Shown here in pieces: positions 45,019-57,716 of a DNA stretch of 64,000 nt (the stretch's first letter is position 1; each line of letters opens with the position of its first letter). The notes beneath the pieces were generated by a model, which saw only the letters and a list, made by a program, of their open reading frames with translations, had not been told where the DNA came from and did no database searches. The stretch comes from Azolla caroliniana. Lineage: Eukaryota > Plantae > Polypodiophyta. Location: assembly GCA_043228905.1 (NCBI GenBank), contig JBHGNT010000001.1, positions 26,102,001-26,166,000 of the forward strand. Direction: 5' to 3'. A program made the position numbers and the translations under genes.

Positions 45019-48000
45019 CTATGGCATCAGTCCACAATATGGTTTGAGTCGAAACCCATTGACCCATTTGCCCATTATCTCACCGGCGAGCGTTTTGAGC
45101 TGGTATGACCCGTTGAATTTCCGTGTTATCCAATACGGTCCGGTCCACCGGAACCGTAGCTTTCCTGGCATCTGACCCATCCGGGTTTGGAACACCAGTA
45201 CCAGCTTGCCGATCCCAAACATCTTTTCATTGCCCTTCCGGTGCTGATCGACAAACACCTTCCTTCGTCGCTGCTCCAGTTCCAACTGCATGAGACTTGC
45301 TATCTGATGCTCCTCGAGTTCGCATAATGCGGCTAACTGGATTTTTTCCAATTCCTTTTCACTTAGTCGTTCTCTAACCTGTATCCGTAGACTCGGAACC
45401 TGAAATTCGATCAGCATTACTGCTTCAAGCCCAAATGCTAACCGGAATGGTGTTGACCGGATACTCGTTTTGTATGTCGTCCGGTATGCCCATAGTGCAC
45501 TATGTAGCTTGGTATCCCAATCAATTCGGTTTTCATTGACGATCTTTCGCAGGATGTTTTGGAGCGTTTTGTTTGTGGATTCGGCCAATCCATTGGCCTA
45601 TGGATAATAAGGGGTACTGCATTTGTGCACCATGACATAGAATGTTGTTAAGCTCTCCACTACTTGACCGAGAAAATGTCCGCCTTGGTCGCTAATTAAC
45701 TCGATCGGGCATCCATACCGGCACCAGATGTACTCATATAAGAACTTTTCCATTGATGTCGCAGTGTTGTCCCGCAAAGCCTTGGCTTCTACCCACTTGG
45801 TGCAATAATCAGTGGCGACTATAACATATCTGTTGTTGATTCTCATTGTGGGAGGTTTAAACGACCCAACGAAATCCAACCCCCATTTCTAAAAGGGTTC
45901 TAAGGGTAGCACCGGTTGCTGAGGCATCCTTGCCTATTCTGTTGGCTGGCCCATCCATTGACATAAATCACAGACTTTCACGTACCAAACCGAGTCCTTT
46001 AGTGTCATCGGCCACCATAGCCCGTTGTGCCATATCTTTCTTGCCATAGCGTCCCCAGCATAGTGCCCTCCGGCAACGCCACAATGCGCTTCTCGTAATA
46101 TTGTGTCCTTTTCATTGCTTCACACTGCTCACCGCCATATGCCATCCACGCCTTTGTGGTACAAGGTGTCCTGTAGTAGACAAAAATGTCGGCTTTGCAC
46201 CCCTAACCGCTCCCGCTTATTCCAGTTCATATCCTCTAGTGGGAGTCCCGTGCTTAGGAATTGATGCATGTTGGTTAGCCACTTGTCTTCGTCGACTATT
46301 ATGCTATCGTTTGCCGTTTCGGCTGTTACTTTAAACAACTCATCATCCGGAAACTCATCCAGGACTCCGTCGCAGGTCTCACCAGAGTCTAACCGGCTGA
46401 GATAATCGGCAACCGCATGTTGTACCCCCGGCCAGTGATATATTTCGAACTCGAACTCTTGTAGCAACAATGTCCATCGGGCCAGCTTGCTGGTCAATGA
46501 TGCCTTTGAGACCAAATATAATAGCGTTGAGTGGTCGACATGAAATGAAAATTTCTTTCCCATTAAATAGTGCCTGAACTTGGTAACATTGTAAATCATC
46601 CCTAAGGCTTCTCTTTCCGTTGTTGAATAATTTCGTTCTGCCTAGGATAGTTTCCGGCTAGCATAATAGGTCGGTCGGTACCATTTCGATTTCATCAATT
46701 GCATTAGTGTGTTGCCGATTGCTATGTCGGATGCATCAACGAACACGTGGAATTCTTTTGACAAATCTGGTGGTTGCACCACCGGTGCTTGTGATAGCAG
46801 TACTTTCAGTGCCCGGTAAGCTTCCTCCTCCATATTTGTCCATTGGAACGGTGTCTAGTGAACCGTGGCATGTAATGATGTAGCAAGATCGGCCAAATAC
46901 CGGAGCATCCGGCTAAGCCACTGGCTTTGCCCTAGAAACCGACTCAAAGCTTTGGCCATGGATGGTGCTGGGACTTCTAAGATTGCTTTCACCTTATCGT
47001 GGTCTACCGCAATCCCGTCCTTGCTGACCAGATGGCCCAGCAATGCACCGCTTGTTACTCCGAACACACATTTTGCTGGATTCAGGCTTAGTCGATAACT
47101 CCTGCATTTCTCAAGACATAGCCGGAGGTGTTAGAGATGTTCTCCTTCCCGGCTATACAGGGTGAAGTCATCCAGGAATACCTGCATGAATGCCGGAATG
47201 AACTCGCCAAATATTTCCATGATTATTCGTTGGAAGGTCGTCGGCGTGGTCTTGAGCCCGAACATCATTACTACTACGACAAAGACTCCCCATTCGGTGA
47301 CAAATGTCGTCTTGTCTTGGTCGTCGGGGTGCATCCTTATTTGATTGTAGTCCCTGAATCCGTCTAGGAAGCTATACACTTCATGACCGGCTACCGCGTC
47401 CAGCACTCCATCCGTAAACGGCAGTGGAAAGGCGTCGGTCACTGTTGCCGCATTGAGTTTCTGGTAATCAACGCACACCCGGATCTTACCGTTCTTTTTC
47501 GGCACGACGACTATGGGACTTAACCATGTAGCTTTTTTCACTGGTCGGATAAAACCGACTCGTAGCAACTTGTCAATTTCCTCTTTGACCTTTGCCGCAT
47601 AGTTAGAGTTCATCTTGTAATGTTGTTGTGCTACTGGTTTGGCATCCTTACTGAGGTGTATTTGGTTTTGGTACAACTGAGGATCCAATCCCCGCATGTC
47701 TTCATAGGACCAGGCGAATACGTCCCGGAATTCCTTTAATAAAGTTATCATCGTCGTCCTCTTGTCCGGTGACATTTCCCTAGCAATATGAACCAGTCTG
47801 GCATCGTCCCCGGTCCCTAAGTTCACTTCCTCTAACTGGGATGCTTTCATGCATTGGGATACCGCCATCTCCCTCTCCAGAGTTTCCTGGGCCTTCCGTA
47901 ATTCTTTGATAGCCTCTCGATCCGGTTCCTCGACGGCGTCGTCCGATTGCATTCTATATGGTGACACTACTTCCACCACATCGATTTCAAATAGGGGTAC

Positions 48001-50595
48001 AATTTTTGGGTTTTCTTCTAAGTATTGGTCGACCTCTTCGTCTGCAAGCCCCTCGAGCATGTTTACACCTTCCACATATAGCGGTGTCAGCTCCTTGCCG
48101 GTACTCGCTCGAGGGTGGGTAGGTACCCTTACTTTAGTCTTTCCATGTCGGAAGGTAATCATGTTTTTCCGCCAGTTTTGTTTGATATGCACCGTTTTTA
48201 GCCATGGGCGGCCCAGCAACAGCGGGTAAGCCCCTTGCGCATTGCGCTAGAGAACCACCGCCGAAATGCGGAATGCGTGACCTCCGATAGTTATGTCTAG
48301 ATCCCGTATCAAACCGGTAGGTCTTACCGAACTTGTATCCACCATCCGGAGACAAAACGGGCAAGGCTCCCATTCCTAGATTGCCAGGGTATTACAAGTC
48401 CGTAGACTGATCACATTCATGCCCGATCCTCCGTCCACAATCGTCCCTAGTAGTTCCCGTCCTTTGACGATGGAGGTGATTGTCGGATTGTTCGTGTCTA
48501 CCACTGTTGGCCCTTCTTCCGGATTTGAGAAGAACGCAGGAGCCAGCAACGGAATTGATGTGGTCATTCCTGATTTCAGCCCTTCCGTAAACTGGGGCAC
48601 TAGCTATAATAACCGGCCCAATGGCAGCGTAATCTGACATTCTTGTAACGCTTGCCATGTTGGGTTTTCCGGCTGAATCGTGTCGGTGGATTATGCCGGT
48701 TTCTCCTTTTGTTGTTCAAGCTTAGCGACATTCTGCTCATTTGCCTTCTTCACCCACTCGGTGGCTTGCTTTCATATTGCCTCCTGTGTTTCCCACTCCA
48801 TTGTTTTGCCTTTTGCCCTGGTGGTGACTTGTTGTATGTTGGCGACTTCTGCTACCACCATGTTTACCGTTGGTCTTTTCTCGTAGCTTTTAACCGAACA
48901 TTGATTATTGTAATGTCCTTCTTGCCGGCAATAGTAGCAGTATGCTTTTCGGGTGTTGTTGGATTCGGCGTTTGCTCCGGTACCTGATTGAGGTCCTATT
49001 GGTGGTCGGTTGGGTGCTTGGCCTTGGTCCGGTTGGGTACTTGGCATGCCCTTGTTCGGCTGCCACTAGCGGTCCTCCTTTCTAGCATTCCATTTTTTGT
49101 TGAAGCGTTTTTTGTTCTGGTAACCCTGTCGGGGCCGGTTTTCATAGTTTCCTTGATCCTCTCTCTATTGGTTGTAACCGGGGGAGTGATTCCGGTTGTA
49201 TCGCTCATATCGTTCACCGTTGTAATCCCGGTAGCTATCATGCTGGTCTCGGTCAGGAGCGTCCTTTTTGTCACTATTCCGAATATCTTGCATAAGCCGG
49301 TAACGCTCATCTCGCCGCCAACGTTCTTCTTCCTCCTCCCAGTTGCTCCGGGGTTCGATTTGCCTTACCATTGCCGTTTGTCAGCTCAGCAAGTTATATT
49401 CTCATCGGTCCATTGTGTGCATCCTGGAATGGCATAACATGCACTGTGTCCACATGGTACATTCTATTGTCGAGTGCCCGGCATTGAGACAAGTTGTACA
49501 TTGTATAGCTTGCCGAAAATGTAAGTCGTCCTCTGTTAGTAATGTACGTTGGAGTGCCCCCAACGAGCTTGTTTTCTCCATCTCCCTAACCCTTTCTATG
49601 ACTTGGTCAATCGTGCTAGTGCGGAAATCAATCACTGCGCACATTGTATGCAGGGGTTCCCGGAGTGCTGCTAGGAATATTGCTTTAGCCTTTGCCTCCG
49701 GTGGTGCCCGATTGAGTTGACTGTGCATTGGCTGGAATCGGATTACGAATTGCTGAATGGTTTCCCTAGGTTCCTGTCGTATGGTGTAGAATAGGCCGAC
49801 CATCTCCCGTTGATCCACCTCCTTGTTGAAGAACTGTAAAAATCTGGTTTTTAAGTCTTCAAACGCCGTGATGGTGCCGGGAGTGTGCGTCAAACGCCAT
49901 CGCACTACTGGTCCTTCCAAGGTCATGCCGAACTCTGCCATCTTCGAGCATTCTGCTTCGGTGGCGGTCAAGCGTTGTGACACGTGGTTTGCTTCTCATG
50001 TTTGTAGAAATGCATAGGCATGAGCTTCTGTGTCCGGATCCTCCCAGTACTTGGGATATTGGAACGACATGTCGTCGTCCGGTGTTGGAGGTCTCCCCTC
50101 CTCTTCTTTCGGTGTCAGAGGTCTTTCCTCCTCTTCTTTCGGTGTCTCACGTGGCAGTGTCGAAAGTTGGTCCGCCACTTGCCGGTCTAGGGTTTCCAGT
50201 TCCATTAACTCTGATTCTGGTGTCGGCAAGGTATCTGACTACTCGTCCTCCGGTCCGTCTGGGGTATCGTGGCTGCTACAGTAATTCGAATGGGTGCTGC
50301 ATTCGCCGTCCGAATCCGATTCAAAGGCCGAGAATGGTTCTGAATCGCCTCCTCCTGTCGCTAGTGCCTGCATAATGGATTCCGCGTCCCAGAGACTACT
50401 GAAGCTGCTTCCTTCGTCCGGTTGGGAATTCTGTTGCTCGCATAGTGACTCTGCGGCCACTCGCTGGATTACTTTGGAAAATGAGTGATCCGCACGGATC
50501 TCTTCTGCCACCTGTTGGAAAGCCTCCCGCTTTCGCAATCGTTTGGCAAGTCTTCTTGCTCGCACCGTAACTGGGTCGTTTGTTGGTCTAGTCAT
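45019..50595 (-). pseudogene. pol: D2 gag-pol, with many stops
   Basis: ORFs 50239-50595, 49402-49983, 48376-48600, 47131-48219, 46129-46599, 45598-45879 and 45019-45588. Confidence 0.9.
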
Positions 50596-50648
50596 CTATG
50601 CCCGTCGTTGTTCGTTGCGTTTGTGCAAGAATCGTGGTCACCAAAAAC

Positions 50649-51115
50649 TGTGTTATTGCTAAGGCCGGATAATGGCTTAACACAGGGTGTCCCCTTGAGA
50701 CACTTCACCAAAGGGGTGTTGCGGTGAGATAGAGTTAGACCGACTATTAATGGAACCCTAATTGGTTACTAAGCAGTAGGATCATTAGTCACAATACACG
50801 CGTAGGATAAATTACACTTAGCAGAGAACTATACTTAACAATGATTAAGATACATAACAACATCACTCTATTAATTATCCAATCCTGATTACAATCTAAC
50901 CGGCCCTTTTTATAGGTCTCCGGTTTTAGGTACAAACCGGTGCCAATCGGCAACCGGCTACGAACCAGTTCGGATCTGGATCGGCATACCGATTCCGTGT
51001 CCGTCCGTTCGCTTCTCAGATCATAATAATTCTATATAGATATATAATCAACTCCCGGTTATTAATTATCCCCTCATTTCCCATTCTAGACTTCCCTTAC
51101 CGGCCGGCTAACACA
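50649..51115 (-). repeat. D2 5' LTR
   Basis: 7-bp inverted termini TGTGTTA..TAACACA; TATAAAA on the minus strand at ~50910. Confidence 0.8.
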
Positions 51116-53396
51116 CATCTAATCTATTCCACTTAACTTTATTACTCTAGGCAATTATTTACATGGTATTAGAGAGCGTTGGTAATTCGATCTAGCCCAT
51201 CTGTGTGTGTTTTGTTCTATGCCAACGCTCAAGAAGAATTGGCTCATCGCAATTGTAGTGCTACTACATAGCTCATATCTAAGGAAGAAGAAGAATCTAA
51301 GGAAATTGTCACAACCCAAGCTTCGAAGATGATGTCGATGTCCAATAAACGAATATAGTAACAAACGAGAAGACAATAACATGACAATATGACAATAATT
51401 TGTATTACCGTGAACCAAGATTACATGGTGGCTAAAGTCTGGTGTTGAACCGAAATGGTTCAACACTAAGTAGATCTTCGACTTATATAGTGTAAATAGG
51501 ATTGTGCATGATCGCCATTTGGCATACATGCTATGTGCCATTTGGCGATCATCTACGGTGTCTAGTGCCCCATAATCCTTGAATAATAATAATATGAAAA
51601 TATATTTATTAATTAGAGTGTAAGACCCTTATTTAAAGGTTATAAGTTCAAATCTTGATATTGACATTTCGTGATAGAAATCGACATCGACATCATGAAC
51701 ACTCAAATGGGTAGCTCTCTCCCTAGCGAGAAGTTGGACCGAAACAACTTTGCATCTTGGGAGTACAAGATGCACCAATACCTTGTCGACCAAGGTTATT
51801 GGAGCTACGTCAAAGGAGCACAAGAAAATAAACCCAACTCAACGATTCCGAATATGTAACATGGGAGCAAACGACGAGCCGAGTGATGTATTGCTTGGTG
51901 ATATGTGTCCATGACCACATGCCAAGATACCGCAGGAAGCTTGGGAGAATCTCAAGAAAATATTTAGCTTCAACTACGCCAAGAGTTGATTAATGTCCAA
52001 CAAAGGGACATGTCTATCACAAGCAACACCTAGAATATCAAGGAGCTTTGTTATTCACTCGGCTCAATAAGTGTCAATGTGGAGGATGATGAGATGGTGC
52101 AAATATGCCTAGGCGGCCTCGCACTACCGTTCGGCGCGATGAGAACCATCGTCTTAGCAAGGGAGAATCTTCCCACCTTCTTCAAACTTCAATCAATGTT
52201 ATTGGTTGAAGAAAACCATGTTCAAACCAAGAGCAACATCTCGTAAGGCCACATGCTCTACACACACTCGAACGAAGGAAGAGAAATGATGCGGTCGTGC
52301 AAGAAGAGACCGATTCAGCGAAGGACGAGGCGGATGAGGTTCAACCTATGGAAACAACTCCCATTACCGGCAAAACGGTGGAAACACAAGAGGAATGTTT
52401 GAAGAGCTTCCATGCCAGACCATACCGACGAAACAACCCTGTCAAATGTGGATATTGTGGCAAAATCGGCCACGATCATGAAGAGGAGTGTCGAAAGAAG
52501 AAGAGTGAGTCATTCTACAAGCTGACAACTCACCAATTGTGCCACCAACTCTGAATACGGAGACTATGGTGGATTGTTCGTAACAAGACATAGATTGAAC
52601 TCTATGTTGACCCTCGGCCCGACCAACACCTCTAATTCAGAAGACGTATGGTTTGTCAACTCTAGCGCATCAAACCATATGACGTCTCATCAAGAATAGT
52701 TCTGAGATCTACGAGAGCCGAATTGACCTGGCTATGTCGAGACCAGAGATGATACCAATCACCCCATTCGAGAAAGACGGCGAACAAACTTGTATAAAAA
52801 ACGTCTTACATGTACCGACCATCACAAAGACTTTGGTCTCAATCAGCCAAATTATGGAGTAAGGCATGCAAGTCCGATTTAACCAAGGTGGTTGCTTCAT
52901 CGAGAAAGAAGGTCGATTCATCATTCGTGGTCGAAGGGAAGGCCGAATGTTTATCCTCGAGTCGAATGAGGTAAAATCGGTCATGTTTGCAAACGGCCAT
53001 AAAGCCGACACCGATATAGAGCTATGACATAAAAGAATTGGCCATATCAACCTCCAAAAGCTCAAGGGGGTGCAATCGAAAGAAGTCGTCATCGGTCTCC
53101 TGACCTTCAAAGAGAAAGAGATTGAAGGCATCGGCACGCATTTCCAAAAGAACGAAACTTGTTCAAAGGTCTCCTAGATGTGATCCACCCATACATTGTC
53201 GTGATGTTTCTAACACATAGTGTGAAACCACCCTCGAAAAGAAGCAAAATAGTAGTTTAAATAAACTAGTATTGTGAAGTCAACTTTATTGGTAGCAAAA
53301 ATACTTTTTCATTTTGCCAAAGATAATTCCTTATAAATAATAGGTCAAAGGATTTTCATTTCTACAAGAAGGGAAGATGGCCTATTAACATGAACC

Positions 53397-54584
53397 ATGG
53401 ATGGAAGATTCATGTGGCGACGAAGGCAACGGAAGATCTTTATGAAACAATATCAACAAACACTAATTGCGGAATTTCATGATAGTGTGTGGACAGGTCA
53501 TCGAGGTATATGGGCAACTTTTGCAAACCTCAAGGAGAAGTATTGGTGGCCGGATGTTTACAAAGATGTAGCAAGCTATGTTGAAACATGTGCGCAATGC
53601 CAATTATACCCGAATGTTCAACATAGGGATGAACTTCATCCGACATATCCATTATCAATGCACTATAAGTGGTTGGTAGACATAGTGGTTATGCCAATGG
53701 GCTTGTGGCAAATGAGATACCTCGTGTTAGCAAGAGAGGATCTCACCAACCAAGTAGAAGGTCGGGCACTAAGGAATAAAATAACTTTGGTGGTTTGCAA
53801 GTTTCTCCTTGAAGATGTTATTTGTCGATACGGATGTGTCAGCAAAATAGTAGCCGATAGAGGAGAATTAGATGCAAATGAAGCTAAAGAGTTTTTCTCA
53901 AGGATAGGCATCAAATTATCACTTACTATAGCATACAACCCGGAGGCAAATGGAAAGGTGGAGAGGGGACATAGCCCGATTGTAAAAGCTCTAGCAAAGG
54001 CTCGTGATGGGAAGATGGGGGACTGGCCACGATTATTACCATATGCATTGTGGGCCGATAGAACTACACATAGCATGACTACAGGATATATGCTAGCCGA
54101 GCTCATATTAGGGCAAAAACCAATCATGCCTATCGAGCAAAGTGTTACCTCATAGACGGCTTTGCCATGACAAGAGGAGATGAGTCGAGAAGACTTGCTA
54201 GCTACATGGATCCAGCAATTAGAACGGAAACCCAAAGATGTCGAGTTAGCAATAGAACAGTTACGTGAGGCTCGATTGAGGAACAAGGAGAATTTTGATA
54301 AAAAACATTGTCTTCGTCTAAGAAAATTTGAAGAAGGAGATTGGGTACTTGTCTATGATAATAGCCTTGATAATCAGCATAACACTACTCGAAAGTTCAT
54401 GAAACGATGGTTTGGCCCATATGTGGTTTAGGAAATTGAAAACAATGCAACCTATTTTCTAGCGGAGTTAGATGGAACTCAACTTGCTTTGCCGATTGCA
54501 GGGAAGAGAATCAAGGTCTTTAAGAGAAGAGAGACCACAAGTCCTCACATCGAACCTCTAGACTTCGAGGTTCAAAAAGAATAA
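53397..54584 (+). pseudogene. pol: F integrase
   Basis: FHDSVWTGHRGIWATF..CAQC; LAREDLTNQVEGRAL; IVADRGE; WFGPY; clearly homologous to the family A integrase. Confidence 0.92.
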
Positions 54585-54645
54585 GCAATAGGAGCTAACA
54601 ATCATTGGCACATACCGGAGGATGTGCTGGTTTGGTGGGGGTGGA

Positions 54646-56171
54646 TGTCATGATGTTTCTAACACATAGTGTGAAACCACCCTCGAAAAGAAGCAAAATA
54701 GTAATTTAAATAAACTAGTATTGTGAAGTCAACTTTATTGGTAGCAAAAATACTTTTTCATTTTGCCAAAGATAATTCCTTATAAATAAAAGGTCAAAGG
54801 ATTGAACCTTGCAATAAATAATGATGAATATTAAGTTAGAGGCGGTTTTCAAAAGTAGAGAAAAAGATGGATATAAAAAAAAAACGCGTGAATATGAGCA
54901 CAATAGAGAAAAAATCTCATAATGTCCTCATCAGATGTCCAAATTAGAAAACAAAAGATGCCTAAGAAAGCTAACCCAAAGAGTTTTCCAAGAATATCTT
55001 GCATGTGAAATTTGGGGCTAGAAAACAGAAATAGTGAGGAAAAGAAAGTTGACTCATATAGACAAGCTTTTTTTTAGGGGAAAAAGGCAAGCAATCTAAA
55101 ACCTATAAATAAGAGCCTATTCTAGTGAAGAAGGGGGGGAGGGAGAAGGAATGCAGAAGCTCTACTCAATTGGACGGCAAAAGAAGAAGGATCAACAACA
55201 TCGAGAGGCATCATCAACAAAGAATCACCTTCTTCTATATTCCACTCTCTTCTTTCCTCCACCTCTCTTCCCCCTGCGTTTATAAATTATCTCTCGTATT
55301 CATATCAAACCCGTTGTAAAAGTGATTCTTATTTTATAAAAGAATCTATTATATTGTAATAAAGAAATGTTTGGTTTCACCTATGTGTCTTATATGTTGT
55401 CGTCATTTGTGCTTATTTGTTTGTGTCTTGTGACAAGGGAACGTTTCGGGCTTGCCCATGCACCTCTCCTTTCACAAAGGCATTCAAACTTTCATGTCTT
55501 GCGTGATAGTGTAAATCTTTCTTGTGTGATCGTGCGACTTGTGGCAAGGGAGCGTTCGGGCTTGCCCATGCACCTCTCCTTTCACAAAGGCGTTCGAAAT
55601 TGTGTCTCCCGTGTGTAAACCTTGCTTGTGTGATCGTGCAACTTGTGGCAAGGGAATGTCGGGCTTGCCCATGCACCTCTCCTTTCACAAAGGCGTTTGA
55701 AATTGTGTCTACTGTGTGTAAACCTTGCTTGTGTGATCGTGCGACTTGTGGCAAGGGAGCGTTCGGGCTTGCCCATGCACCTCTCCTTTCACAAAGGCGT
55801 TTGAAATTGTGTCTCCCGTGTGTAAACCTTGGTTGTGTGTTTGTGTGTCTTGTAACAAGGGAGTGTTCGGGCTTGCCCATGCACCTCTCTTTTCACAAAG
55901 GCATTCAAAACGTTGTCTCTCGTGTGTGTAAGTAAGCCTTTTGCTTGTGTTTCCATGTGTAAGACTTCCCCACGTGCATTCGTTCGGCTTGTGACTAGGG
56001 GTTGATTCGGGCTTGCCCATGCACCTCTCCTTTTCAAAAACACGTTCCAATACTCATGCCTTGTTTGTATAAGACTTCCTTGTGTTGTGCGTGTGAGCCC
56101 TATTTCGTTCCTGTCCATAACCCCGGCGGTTCCGCCTCATGATCCGCACATAGTGACGGATTTTCACGACA
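54646..56171 (+). repeat. F 3' LTR, about 1.5 kb
   Basis: TGTCATG..CACGACA termini; CTATAAATA at ~55102. Confidence 0.85.
55415..56045 (+). repeat. About 104-bp tandem repeat, 6 copies, in the F LTR
   Basis: Core CGGGCTTGCCCATGCACCTCTC at 55447, 55557, 55660, 55764, 55868 and 56008. Confidence 0.93.
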
Positions 56172-56877
56172 ACGTGTGGGGACTAGCACAAACGGCAACA
56201 TTCGGAGGATGTTGATACTATGTCACCTTTATCAACAACTTCTCTAGGCACATCTAGACCTTCTCCAAGAGGCAAAACAGTGAAGTGTCTGCAGACTTCC
56301 AAAAATTCAAATGTGGAGTCGAAAAGGAAACAGGTCGGCATGTTAGATGCCTTTGGTCGGACAGAGGTAAAGAGTACTTCTTTGACGAATTTTAGGCTTA
56401 TCTCCGGAAGAAGGAATTCAGCGAGAGTTTATGTGCCGGCACATACTGCAATAGAACGGAGTGGTTGAACGCAAAAATTGGCACATCCTCGAAGTAGCAA
56501 AGGCCATGTTGAACGAGAAGCACATGCCAAAGTCATATTGGCCTGAAGCACCTTGCACAAATGTCTACCTAATGAACCGATGTACGACATCCGGCGTGCA
56601 CAAGGTCACCCCTCACGAGAAGTACTACAGGAAGAGAACCGGACCTATCCCACGTCAAGATATTCGGCTCTATTGCATACGTGCACAATCCCGACGAAAA
56701 GCAACAAAAGCTAAATCCCAAGTCAAAGAAATGTATCCTCGCAGGATACTCACTAGAGCAAAAGGGGTACAAATGCTTCAACCCCTCTAATATTTGGAAG
56801 GGTTGTGTAAGTTAGGTCGTAGTCTTTGACGAATCAACATCATGGTACGAACCTAAGCCGACTTCACTTGAACTTAT

Positions 56878-57271
56878 TGTTAGGAATATGTCCCTCCTGT
56901 GGGAGGAGCCAACTATTCGAGCCAACAGTCGAAGTCAAGTAGTAGCCAACTAGTCGGGCTAAGAGACGACAGTCGATGACATGGAAAGTTGACTTAGAGA
57001 GAGTTGACAATAGATGATACAAGTCGAGGACAAGACCAACTAGTCGGCCAACCGGATGGTCAACGACAAGGCACCGATTAGTCGGGCCGACTAGACAGTC
57101 GACACAAGAGTCGACTGGTCGACTAATCGGCTGATTAACTGCTATTGTTATTACGATAATAATAGAAGTGATAGTAGTATGGACTACATTTGTAAATAAC
57201 CCATATAGTGTATAAATATCAATACACCTAGGGAAAACATTATGACGTTGTTGAACAAATGCAGAATAGAG
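56878..57271 (+). repeat. Probable LTR fragment of another family, interrupting E1 and cut by E2
   Basis: Starts TGTTAG where E1 coding similarity stops; reiterated AACTAGTCGG/GTCGAC motifs; TATAAATA at ~57211. Confidence 0.5.
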
Positions 57272-57716
57272 TGTTGAGCGGACAAGCTCAACTTGATCCG
57301 GATCGGCTGAGTAAACCATAGCCGGATCGGTATCCGAAACCCAGAGCCAAATCGGTGTCCGGAGAAGAGAGCCGAATCGGAGGGCCGGACCCACGCGCGA
57401 ACCAATAGGCCATTGGAGGTCTACGCTCCTAGACTACTAGGTAGTTATCCTAGGAGTTAGTGTCAATAGCTCAATACGAGCATTGAAGTACTTGTCAGTA
57501 CTTCCGTCAGTCCTTTTAAGGACTTGTATAAAAGTGCTCACTAAGCGCATTGTATGTATAGAGTGTTTTTATTTTGAAATTTAGTTTTACTATTCTACTC
57601 TCTATGTCTCTCCCACATACTGTGTATTTTCCAAGCTTCTATTAAACCTTGTCTTTGTTTTCTGTTGCTATCCGACTGAGCCCGTTTGTCTAAGCTTCCT
57701 CACATTCACATTCACA
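57272..57716 (+). repeat. E2 5' LTR
   Basis: TGTTGAG..CACA termini; homologous to the reverse complement of 62124-62549. Confidence 0.75.

Larger units (their letters stand above)
44263..51115 (-). mobile_element. Athila/Tat-like gypsy element D2, interrupted by D1
   Basis: LTR 50649-51115; PBS-like TGGTGACCACGAT 50631-50643; gag from 50595; PR (IVDGGSG); RT (FLDD); RNase H; integrase; start of ORF3. Confidence 0.9.
53197..56171 (+). mobile_element. Element F: AT-richer family A relative with a large internal deletion
   Basis: 5' LTR stub 53197-53354 repeated at 54646; integrase only; PPT GGTGGGGGTGGA; 3' LTR 54646-56171; TSD ACAT/ACGT splits the copia H.DVWG motif. Confidence 0.9.
51116..56877 (+). 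mobile_element. Old Ty1/copia element E1, in pieces 51116-53196 and 56172-56877
   Basis: LTR end plus degenerate iMet PBS TGGTATTAGAG at 51164; gag EKLDRNNFASWEYKM; knuckle CGYCGKIGH; PR WFVNSSASNHMT; HKRIGH; integrase VWG..VERKN. Confidence 0.85.

Noticed and set aside
55415-56045. CRISPR-like array (constant core with intervening sequence)
   Set aside because: The intervening segments are homologous to each other, the array is inside an LTR, and there are no cas genes
56878-57716. A single 839-bp E2 LTR
   Set aside because: The related LTR at 62124-62549 begins, right after its PPT, at the sequence matching 57272, so 56878-57271 is separate
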